Source: Diploschistes diacapsis (taxonomy: Eukaryota). Taken from it: a stretch of 36,616 nucleotides of DNA. The position numbers and the translations under genes are program-made. This document shows, in pieces, positions 24,752 through 35,534 of this stretch. The stretch is from the NCBI GenBank assembly GCA_023645945.1, contig JALAIB010000066.1:1-36616 (forward strand), in the 5' to 3' direction. The notes beneath the pieces were generated by a model. The model made no database searches and had not been told where the DNA came from. It saw only the letters and a program-made list of their open reading frames with translations. Position 1 is the stretch's first letter. Each line of letters starts with the position of its first letter.

Positions 24752-25946
24752 TCATTCATGATCCCAAGGTGCGTACTTGTCTACAAGGTAACACATGTCC
24801 TCGTATGCCCTAGATTCAACCGTCAGCCTCAGAAGGACTTCGTGCCTCAACCATTCAAGACTCACGTTTGCCGCACAATATCTCCCTTGTGATGTGCGGA
24901 GTGTATCATGTTCATCTTTATACAATATATCCTGTTCCTGTCGTTCCACTCATCCACTGGCTCGCTAGGTGGGTAAGCCCTCAGATAAGCGCGCGTGTAC
25001 GCTTTATTGCTGATTTTATGCCGGACACAGCGCCACATTCCTATCTCCATTTCGTTATGCGCATAGTACGCTCCTGCGTCGAAGATCTTGATCTCATTAT
25101 TGTCTGCTATGCCAATGTTGCCCTCCCAGAGATCTCCGTGGATCAGACACGGTTTGATTTTGCGACCGTTCTCTTGGAGCACGCCCAGGAGTCTCGGAAT
25201 CACTTTGGTGAGTGTCCGCTCAGAAACCTTCTCCAGTTCTGGCCACGGTCCATTATTCTCCAGGTCTAAGCGGAGAGCGTCGCCTAGTAGTTTCCCAAAG
25301 AACGAAGCCCAATTACTGTCCCATTCTACAACTTGCTTGTACTTCCCGTGGCACGTGGGTATGTAGAATCCAAACTTACCCGTCGGCGACTCACTAGTCC
25401 TGTGAAGTTCTGCGATCTTGGCGCAAAGACGCGGTGGATCCGGAAGTCGATTATCCATATCCACGAAGTCACAGAGGAGGAAGTATGTGTCCATGTCCCG
25501 AAGCTTAAATTTGCCCCAGCATAGTGGCTTCGGGACAAGAGATGGCATTGTCTTGTACAACTCCGACATGGCATTGAATTCCCCTTCCATCATGCCTCGG
25601 CCGGCGTCGTCGGTGGCGCACTACCAAGGTGGTTAGTTTGCTACAAGATGAACGGAGCGCTCGCTATGGAGAATCTGACTTTGAGAAAGTAGGTCTTCGG
25701 CAAACCGTCGGGGCCGATGGTGCTGATTCGGGCAGTGACCGTCCATGCCGAAAAGCCAAAAGTATCCGCCGATTCGACTACAGTTCCTGGTGGAAATTCT
25801 TTGCGATGGTGAGACTCAGCCCTTCATACCAATTTCACTAACGTACGTGCAATCACTTCCTCATCCAATGGAAAATTCCCTTTTATTCCTGCACTCACTG
25901 TCCCTTCGATCTTTTCCTGTCTCAGATCATGGACTGTCGTAGACAT
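24752..25946 (-). CDS. Fructosamine/ribulosamine 3-kinase family protein, 343 aa; exons 25946-25847, 25798-25680, 25620-24866, 24809-24752
   Basis: YFLK|C..GRGMMEGEF, GKFGFYIPTCHG, catalytic PCLIHGDLWEGN, IFDAGAYYAHNEMEIG, PSEPVDEWNDRNRIY. Three introns restore a continuous 1032-nt frame. Confidence 0.9.
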
Positions 25947-26812
25947 GGTTGATACGGCTCTAGATATGAACGGCAACGGCTTCAGATCAACTGACTGTAT
26001 ATTAAATCACCAAAAACAGGAGCACTGTGGAGGAAAGATGCCAGTCGCCATCACAGATCAAGGGTAAGGCGGCCCTGAAATAGCTGTCGTGAGAGCGCTG
26101 ATCTCATGCCGCCCTGATGTTTCGTGTCTCTCTTGAGCGGGGATGCCTGCATACAGACTGTCTCACCTGCATTGTTGGTGGCTTCTACAGGCTCATGTTC
26201 GCTCAAGTGCGTTGGCAGTGAAGATGGAAGCGCTGAGAATGCAAGTTACCTGCTTAAGCTCCTCACCCACGCAAAGCCATCGGAGGAAAACCCCCTAGAA
26301 AGCGCAGCCATCTCAGCTTTCCCCCTTCAGCCCGATAGAAAAAGGAAGATAGAATAAGCACATCGGCTAGGAGAGGATAGTGCGACATTGCAATCAAGCT
26401 AGCAAATGGATCATGGGGCCGTGCATGACATGGTGCGAGTGATATTATATTACTTGAGACTTTTCGTCTCACCCTTAATGACTCGTCAATGATTTGCGCA
26501 ATTGTTGCTCCTAAATCAGAGCGCTCATTGCAGATGCAGGTGGTCTTCGTCTTCGAGGTGTCCTTCAGCGCGTGCTGAGTCTATTTCTTTCAATTCTCGC
26601 TCTCTGTGCCGTATCTATTCGGTAATGTTGAATTGTGAAGCGCATTGGGCGATACGAAGTCCCGAAGACTGACCATAGGAGAGAATTGCCTTTTCTAGTG
26701 ATATCGCTACGGTATCAAACACAAGTCCCAGTTTACTGCTCGACCACTTCATACTAGAGATGCAGACGCCCGATTACATCTGTAGCTAACTTCAGGGGTA
26801 AACGGGCAAAGG

Positions 26813-29800
26813 ATGGGAGGGTCAACAAGCCCGGAGCCGCCAAAGTCCATTTTCAGGAAAATAGTAAGCATATCAGATTGCATGTGAAATCGTTCAGTAA
26901 CTGAATCCCAAGTAGTTCAAGAAATCTCGCTCGGACAACGATGTCTCTGCAAATACCCGTCGAACTGAACACCCGCCACCCTACAGACATGAAACAATAT
27001 CACCTCCACTCATAAGTCCTCGACAGCAAGAGCTGTCTCGAGAGGGACGAGCACCAGGCTCACCTCCATCTCCTCTGGTAACAACGCCGTCGCTGCGGCT
27101 TCTTCCCCCTTCAAGTAACAAAGACCATGCCAGATCGCGCTCGAAGGATCGGAGACAAGAGCCTCAAGGATTAAAAGCAGTCTATGAGCCACCTGAGGAG
27201 CGGACTGCAGACATTGTATTTGTTCATGGCTTGGGAGGAAGCAGCATCACTACCTGGTCCAAAGATCAGGATGGCACTGCTTTTTGGCCAGAGGCTTTTC
27301 TGTCGCGCGAACCAGTCTTGTCAACTGCCAGAATCTTCACCTTCGGCTACACAGCATTCTACTGGGACACAAACGCGGCCGGGAGTTTGAGTATAACCGA
27401 CTTTGCGAGGAGCTTGCTTGCAAATCTGAAAAATGCACATGAAATGTCGTTTGGCGAGGTAATGGGGTCAGCGCCCATGTAAAGCTCGTGGCTAATGTTG
27501 CAAAAGGTGCCGATAATCTTTGTAGCACACTCCCTGGGCGGGTTGGTCGTTAAAAAGGTGAGTAACAGATCTCATCTAATATTTCCAGCTCACATAGCAG
27601 GCATACATCATGGGACGCTTCAGCGACACCTTTAAGGACATCATCTCGTCTGTATCAGCCATGGTCTTCCTTGGTACTCCCCATTACGGTTCTGGTCTTG
27701 CAAAGAGCTTGAATAGGCTTCTTGCAGCCACCATTATCGGGCCAGCCCCAAAGCAATACGTGGCCGATCTCGACGAAAAGTCAACTGCGATTGAGGATCT
27801 GAACGAGCAATTCCGCAACGTACCAAGTGAACTGCAGATTGCATCTTTCTATGAGACCAAGTTTACCATGATGGGTCTGTCGAGACTGGTATGTACCGGT
27901 CCATGACTGAAAGTCGACGTGACTGACCTTGGTAGATGATTGTGGACAAAAACTCTTCGATCATAGGCTGTCGCGGCGAGGTTCCTCAGCCATTGGATGC
28001 TGACCACCACAATCTTTGCAAATATGATAGCCCAAATGACGACAATTACGTGCGTGTTCGAAATGTACTTTACTCACTGGTGGCACCTCTTGTCAACTTA
28101 AGTAATGGCTCTTGGTCATGAGATAATTTGGCCATGCTAACCATGTTGCAGCATCCCCTAGTGCAGAGCCAGCCTCCAATGCTCTGGAAAAGACATCTGC
28201 TTTACTTGGAATCTCTAGCTCCCCAGAAGACGACTTCAATTTTTACCTTGATCGATGGATGGCCAACACCTGCTCTTGGATATCTGGTAAGGATTCCATA
28301 CTACATAAGTGGACTCATGACCCAACGAGACTCCAGACGCTTTGGATCAGCGGACCTCCGGGAACAGGCAAGTCTGTCCTCGCCGCATACTTGATCAACT
28401 ATCTACGATCGCAGGGGATTTTCTGTGTCTTCCACTTTTTCCGATCAGGGGACCGACTACAGAGAAGCATAGGGGCCTGTATTAGATCGATAGCTTTTCA
28501 AATCGCTACACAGTTCTCGCGCTATAAACAGCAACTTGACGAACTCAGCGACGCTGGTACGCAGTTACAAAGGAACGACGCGCGATCACTTTGGCAGAAG
28601 CTCTTCCTCTCTACTCTGGGCCAGCTAGATGTGCATTGCCCCATATATGTGGTCATTGATGGTCTCGATGAATCTGACTCGCTTCAAACGCTCTTGTCAC
28701 TATTTGCTTCGGCTGCAGGAGCGTTGCCTTTCCGCTTTATTATCATCAGTCGCCCAACCCAGTCAATCTCTAATGCCTTAGATAAATTCTCTGAACCGCT
28801 CCGTGTCGAACGCATCTCTACAAATTCTGCTAGCGAGGACATTCCAATATATGTAAACAAAGAGCTGCAGTCTATACGTGCGAGCTCTACCCTGAGACAG
28901 AAGATCATCGATCTGGTTATTGATAAAGCCGCTGGGAACTTCCTCTGGGTGCATCTCGCTGTCAATGAAATCCTTAACTGCCACACCCAGGACGAGATCG
29001 AGCAGGTGTTGCATGATATTCCAAGCGACATGCAGCTTCTGTACAGGCGTATAGAGGATTCAATGACAGAAAGCTTGAAAGCTATGGATCAGAAACTTGC
29101 AAAAGCGCTGTTGATGTGGATCGGCTGCGCTCAGCGAGTCCTCACACTTGATGAAGTGGCTGAGGCGCTTGAGCCAACGTTTGGAAACATACTGGACCTC
29201 GCCTACACGATAAGACAGATATGTGGAAGTCTCATACTGGTAGACAGAAATTCCAGAGTGACTTTCGTTCACCAGACTGTACGGGAATATCTAATTAAGC
29301 TCTCCAAAGGCCCTTTCGCTATTTCACCCTCTGAGGCCCATGAAGAGATATTCCTCAGATGCATGTCCTGTATTGGCGATTCGGAGCTCCGTGCCCACAT
29401 AAAGCAGGATAAGCTGTCGCCTCTGGTACCTTATGCTGCGACATCCTGGCATTTCCACTTGCGAGCTATTCAGATAGGTTCGGACGATGTATTTTATGCT
29501 TTATCGACGTTCCTTGAAGAGACGACGGTTCTCACATGGATCCATGTACTCGCTATGTGGAAGCAACTTAGAGTCTTGGTACAAACATCACAAAGCTTGG
29601 CTTCCTTTGTGGAGCGACGAAAAGTACACGACGCGTGTATAGCTCCTAATTTGAGACCCACAGAAGCGCTTGAATCGATGGATCTCTGGTCGACGGACCT
29701 CGTGAAGATCGTCGGCAAATTTGGCAAGAATCTGCTTGAAACCCCAGAAGCGATCCATAAGTTTATCCCACAGTTCTGTCCCAGGACCTCCGCTATCAAC

Positions 29801-31960
29801 CGACAGTTTGGGAAGAGAGGCGCTTTCCAAGTCCGTGTCCCTGGCGAGGCGAACTCTGCGTGGGACGACAGCCTGGCAAAGATTTTCCTGGGTAGCACCG
29901 CAGAAGGCCTCTCCATTGCTTGCGCAGGACGCTTCTTTGCTGTCTTAACTACGGCGAATTCGATTATCCTGTACGACGCTGAGACGTGCCAAGAGCTACG
30001 AAGACTGCAGCAATCAGACAAAATCATGGTCTTCTGCGTCAGCAAGGATGGAAAATTGATTGCCTCGTATGGAGTTCGCAGTACCAAGATCTGGGAGACT
30101 GGCACTGGCCGTGAGATCCACTCTTTGCAGAGCCCAAGCCAGAGTAAGGCGCTCCACATCAGGTTCGTCCAACAGAGCTTGACAATAATGGTCAGTTCGG
30201 AGGACAGAAACGTCAGGATGCTGTCCATCGAAGCGGCAGAACCAGCGTGGCAGAAAAAAATCGATCTTCAGAGTCTGGATGACCAGGTTTCATCTAGTGG
30301 GATTGCAAGTAGATCGCCACATTCTACCGCCATTAGTCCCGATGGAGGTCATGTAGCTCTGGCCTTCAGAGGAGCCCCTCTGTCTGTCTGGGCACTTGCT
30401 GACGACCAGCACTTGGTCGGGCGCTGCAGAAGGGAAAGGGGAGACCTCAGCTTCGACTCTCAACCCTGGAGTCCGGTCGATCAAGTCTTGTGGCCGTCAG
30501 CATCAGCTGAAGTCCTTGGCATATACACGGGCGGTGCGATTTTCAAATGGAACCCGCTCGAAGATACCAGCCAAGAGGTTGATGCATCCGCAAACACGAT
30601 TGCATGCAACCACGATGGCGATCTGGTCGCATCAACTGATGCAAACGGAACAATCAGGATTTGGAAAATTCAGGATTTCTCTCTCATCTATCAATTGAGG
30701 TATGAAAGCCCGGTTTCTGGCTTGGCTTTTGGTCCTGACAATCGACGCTTCTACGACCTCCGCGGTGCCTTCTGCAATGTCTGGGAGCCGAATACTCTGA
30801 TCCGTCTGTCAGACCTCGAAAAGTCGGGCAGCGAAGCAGCGAGCGACTTCGCCAGCGTAGCAGCCTCCACGACCATGTCCGAAGCCGAGGTCGAAATAAA
30901 AGAGCCAGTCACTGCGATTGCCTCCAGCAATCTTAGCCACACCTACGTATCTGGGAACGCGGAGGGGGGCGTCAGGCTGCAGCAGAGCTTCGGAGAGAAA
31001 CAGACCGAGCTATGGTCATCAAGCGCTTTCATGCCCATAGAGCATGTTGCTTGGAGCAAAGACGGCAAGCACGTTGCATGGCGAGATCTCGCTAGCAGGG
31101 TCATGGTGAAAGCAGTTGATGCGACAAAGTCGTCTCAGCCGCCAACTGAGCCCCTCTTCGACAAAACAATTGTCTTTGGTGATGGACCAGTCCAGCAGCT
31201 ATTGTTGAGCCCGAAGTCAGAGTACATCCTTATCACAAGCCCAACATCTGCTCAGCTGTTCTCTATCGGTCAATCATCCCGCATCCAAGAATGGAAGTCC
31301 ACTTCGTCCAACGCGGCGTTCAGATGGGTCAATCATCCTTCGTGTTCCGACCAACTTCTTGTTATCGGTGCCGAGCGAGCATTCATCTTCTCTTGGCAAG
31401 ACCTAGCCGTCCGGAGAGAAATGCAACTCGATCTCCGCTGCGCTTTCAGCAGTACCAGCTCTAACAATGTGAGGCTGCAGCAGATTCGACGCCCCTCCGA
31501 CTCCAATCTCATCCTCAACCGGACGGGCACAATCGTAGAGCACGTAATGCTCACCCAGGACAAGAAACATGTCCTTCTCGAAGCGACATATCATGAGCCG
31601 TCGACACCGCAAGGCAGCCGCCAGTTGGCCTTATTTTCCAAAGCCACGTTTGACGGTGCTGATACGCTGCTCGCGCCCCGCTCGTTGCCGTCTGCTCTCC
31701 TTAGCAAAGTCCAACTCCCTCTGGGCGTCCTTCCGTACGACCGATTCGTCTTCCTCGATAATGAGTATTGGATCTGTTCGTGGCAGCTGAGCGGGGTCAA
31801 AGACGAGGCTCTGGCGTTGAAGCGGTACTTCTTCCTGCCCCGTGACTGGCTGAGCGCGGAGTGCATCGAACTGTGCAAGATCCTGGACAATGGAGTCTTG
31901 TTGATACCAAGGCAAGGAGAAGTGGCGTCTATCAAAAGCGACTTGAGCTTGCAGTGGTAA
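26813..31960 (+). CDS. Fungal NLR-like STAND protein: N-terminal alpha/beta hydrolase (SesB/PGAP1/DUF676-like) + NACHT + WD40 repeats, ~1635 aa; exons 26813-26863, 26916-27458, 27507-27557, 27601-27888, 27936-28101, 28152-31960
   Basis: Hydrolase motifs DIVFVHGLGG, RIFTFGY, IIFVAHSLGGLVVKK, FLGTPHYGS, LDADHHNLCKY. NACHT Walker A GPPGTGKS (28352-28375), Walker B VVIDGLDE, AAGNFLWV, FVHQTVREYL. WD-like repeats (SKDGKLIAS..TKIWE; NHDGDLVAS..GTIRIWK). Five GT-AG introns join in frame (4908 nt). The start codon is less certain than the body. Confidence 0.88.
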
Positions 31961-32903
31961 ACCAGAGGGTTCCTCGTACATCTAGGAGCGGATCATCGGA
32001 GGAGCCGAAGTGCTCCTCGAAGTATGTGGCGCTTAAAGTTCAAGTGCAAATGGAGCACTCCGGAATCTTATAGGAATTGAGCTCGAGGAAACAAGAAATC
32101 CATACGTGATTGCCAAATCAAGCCCCTATCGCATGCCATACACTAAGCAATGCCATGCGCAAGCACGCTGTTGTGAGAGTAAGGAGCGGTTTGTGGGAAA
32201 GCAACGCTGAGCTTGGACGGTAGGGACGTGCCAGAGTCTCCAAGCAAAAAAGCCTTCAACATCGACAATCAGTATGACGAGAAATCCAGTACACTCTCGC
32301 CTTCAGGAAAAGAGCCCAGCAACAGCAACTAGTTCGATCTCGTACAAACCGTACCTAGATCATAGTCACGTGCATTAGGACACGTTGAGCTTTTTTGAAC
32401 GGCAAAACACCCAATGCTTGTGTGGCGTCGCACTAATAGCGCTAATAAGTGTGGCGCCATACAAAAATAATTTGCACATGAACTTTGATATCTGGCTGTG
32501 CACGCAAAATTCGTTATTCGTTCAAGTAGGCGGCGATTACGGGTCAACTACCTCAAACTCGTGGCACTAAATAACACTGAATAAAACTTCTATATCATCT
32601 TTATTATAATCATCGCGGTGGGAAATAGCAATTGCGTATTCCACAAACCCCGGAAACAACATCGTTCAACATCTTGAGATCTTGGATACTGACGAAAAGG
32701 GCCCTGTTACTAGTACAGTACATTCAGTTTCTGAGAAGCGAATTTAACATCACCAAAATCCCCCCCACAGACTGAATCCGCGGCTTCAAGCGCAGTATTG
32801 TATAGCCTCTGCTTCTATACACGTCATGACTGCCATATCTTCCAGAATTGGAATGGCAGATATGCAGATGCTTCACAGCTAAGGACTCGAGTAAGCATAA
32901 AGG

Positions 32904-35521
32904 ATGGCTGTCGCTCCGGTCATCTCGATCCTACTCAATCAGTTGATTAAGGAAATTACCGGATCCAGTGTACGCCTCCCTCCTGGGCCTATAGGCAAAG
33001 TCGCTGGGATTACTGATCGAGTATACAGCCAAGCACCAGCAATCGCCGCAAAGTAGCAAGCATCGTCAAAGATAGCTTCTCACAGCCCAGTCAATTGGCC
33101 GTCAAGGAGCGTTTTGCAGGCTTGGAAGAAAGATGCCGGGTCTTCAATAACGATGAGCTTGCTGATGCGTTAGTGGACCGCGATGATGAATTGTCGAAAT
33201 GGCCTAGCAAGTGGCGATTCGAAATTCTGGATCTCCTACTCCGATTGTCAGACTTGCCCGCAGACAAGACAAGGATCGAAGACCTCAATCTTCTAGAGCG
33301 GCCTGTGGACCCAGTGCCACTAACGTGGGCTGATATCTGGCGCGGAGACCCACTGGACAATAGCGACGGTCTTTGGGATGATGTGGATTTTGGCGAGGCC
33401 AGCTCTGAGAGTGGTGAAGGATCACTTTGGGAAGATGGTAGCAGTGCAGACAGCGCACTGGATATCAGTTTTACTAGCGCTGAAGACCTGGAAAGGCACA
33501 AGGAAGTATATAATACAGGTCCAGACTGTGACGGCTTAAAGGCTGTCCGCGAATCCAGGAGACTATATACCGATGCGGTGTCTGCAGGAGACCCTCTTAC
33601 CGAGATCCAAGTCGTAAGAGAGACACTTTCCATGCTACACGGGCTTCCTAGCTTCATCTTCAAAGAATCCAAGGAGACTGTGTGGTTTCGAACCACCCCC
33701 ACAATCGAACGCATCACGAGTGGGACAATTGACGGCGTCCTTAAAAGCTTCTGTGACTTGGGTAGCAGAATATCTGCAATACGCCGGTGGGCATGCAAAG
33801 AAGAGACCATGCCGATCTTACAGACCCTTCAATCGTCGCTTACATGTAGGCTTCAGGAAGCAGACAGAAAGCTTTCCCAGCTTGAGCAGCGGTGTCGGCT
33901 AGCAGAAGGCGCTCCGCCCACATTGGCTTCCATAGGACCCGAGGTCAATGAGATCACAAGATACCTAGTGCTCCTAGACTTTACAAGACCTTCCCAAGTG
34001 GCTTTAAAACAAAGGAAAGGTACTTTTGTTCTAGACTCGCTCTTTGAACTCACGTGCAGCCTCCAAGCACTTGGAGATATCCGGGGCTACTCATACGCTG
34101 CTGGTGTCTTGTTCGAATGCCTTCAGACATATCTGAAGCCCCTGAGAGCATGGATGCAACACGGCGTACTAGATTGGGACGAATGTTTCTTTATCAAGAG
34201 ATCGTCCCGGACTCTACCTCCGTATGCACTTTGGTCGGAGCAATACATTCTTGTGCGTGACGATGAGAATGGAGAGCTTAACGCCCCAAACTTCTTGCGG
34301 CCGTTGGCGCCTAAAGTGTTTGCGTCTGGTAAAGCAATCAATTTCCTCAAGACCTTGGGGACAACCTCGCCTATCCACGCGGTAGCGGATGAGCTTCCTC
34401 TAAGTTTTGCTTCCGTTACTCAGCAAGGCTCCGACATGATTAGCCCATTTGGGGAGCTCCTCGCCTTGTCGCTTGACCAATGGGTCGAAAGCAAGCGCAG
34501 TCTTTCCGCAACTCAGCTATTAAACAGGTTAACGTCGCAATTCAGTCTCTATGATACCTTTGGAGCTCTTGAGTTAATCTATTTCTCCCGCAACGGAGCA
34601 CTCGCCCAGCAAACAGCATATGCGATCTTCGATAGGATTGACAGGGGCAAGAGATGGCAGGACAGGTTCGCCCTGACAGATCTATTCCGCGATCGGCTCG
34701 GTGCCGAGACGTTTGTTGACGAGGACAAACTCTCGGTGCGCATTGTCGGAAGTTCTGCCTTACAGCAAGCGCAACAGCGTTCAATATTAAAGCTTGCATG
34801 TTTGGCCATCACATATGATATTCCAGGGCAGATAGCTACAATTATCAAGCCAGATACTCTGCCCATCTACCAACGGGTCGGCGTTCTGTTGTTGCAGCTA
34901 CTACGAGCGAAACAGCTGCTTGACCGCCAATCATTTCAACTTGGCCATCTAGAACTACGTACGACGACCGATCAGAGAACGAGCCTTGCCTTGCGGCATA
35001 GGTTCCGCTGGTTCGTTGAGACTCTACAGAACTATGTCATGAAAGAGGTGCTGGAGCCAACTACGTCAAAGCTGCGGTCGCAAATCAGCAAAGCCGAAGA
35101 CCTCGATTCTCTACTAGATCTTCATGCAATTCACATGGCGGAGGTCGAAGTCTCATGCATGCTTGCGCACCAGCAATCTTCGTCCCACCAGGCTCTTGTG
35201 TCTCTTCTCGACCTGATAGTCGTCTTTTCCGACCTGTGCTCTGCCAATCTTTTCGGTAGCGCACCCGTCGCCGATCGCTTAGTAGCTGATGATGATGATT
35301 CAGACTCGTTCAGCGAGGATGAGGATTCGACCGACAAGGCGCGACAAGGGCCCAAGTCATCGCAGGACTCGGCCCACGCGCAATTGGCCACCATCTCGGC
35401 AACCTATTCTCGCCTCCTGCACTTTGTGTATATCGGTGCCAGAGAGGCAAGCCGGGCTCAGAAAGGTTCCCTGCTGCAGGCGCTTGTGGATGATTTGAAA
35501 TTTGGGATCGGCGATCCTTGA
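32904..35521 (+). CDS. Gamma-tubulin ring complex component, Spc97/Spc98 family, GCP5-like, ~852 aa; exons 32904-32969, 33029-35521
   Basis: ERFAGLEERCRVFNNDELADAL, LTWADIW..DPL..GLWDDVDF, TEIQVVRETLSMLHGLP, YLKPLRAWM..G.L, FFI, APNFLRP..VFASGKAINFL, YQRV..LLQLLRAK, WFVETLQNY are GRIP-domain-like motifs. One GTACGC..CTGAT..CAG intron. Confidence 0.85.
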
Positions 35522-35534
35522 TGGATGCAATCGG

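Noticed and set aside
26813..27190. Amyloid signalling motif (HRAM/PP/sigma) at the NLR N-terminus and an adjacent HeLo/HELL/gasdermin effector gene
   Set aside because: The N-terminus is Pro/Ser/Arg-rich, not G/N/Q-patterned, and no such effector ORF is seen in the flanking intergenic regions.
29494..30228. 244-aa minus-strand ORF inside the NLR; likewise 33091-33810 inside the GCP5-like gene
   Set aside because: Antisense to well-supported CDSs, with no recognisable protein features.
32326..32345. GTTCGATC resembling a tRNA T-loop/B-box
   Set aside because: It lacks the C61 pairing, and no T-stem or cloverleaf can be formed.
31961..32903. Hidden small gene or transposon remnant between the NLR and GCP5-like gene
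   Set aside because: Only short featureless ORFs; no terminal repeats, transposase motifs or convincing splice structure.
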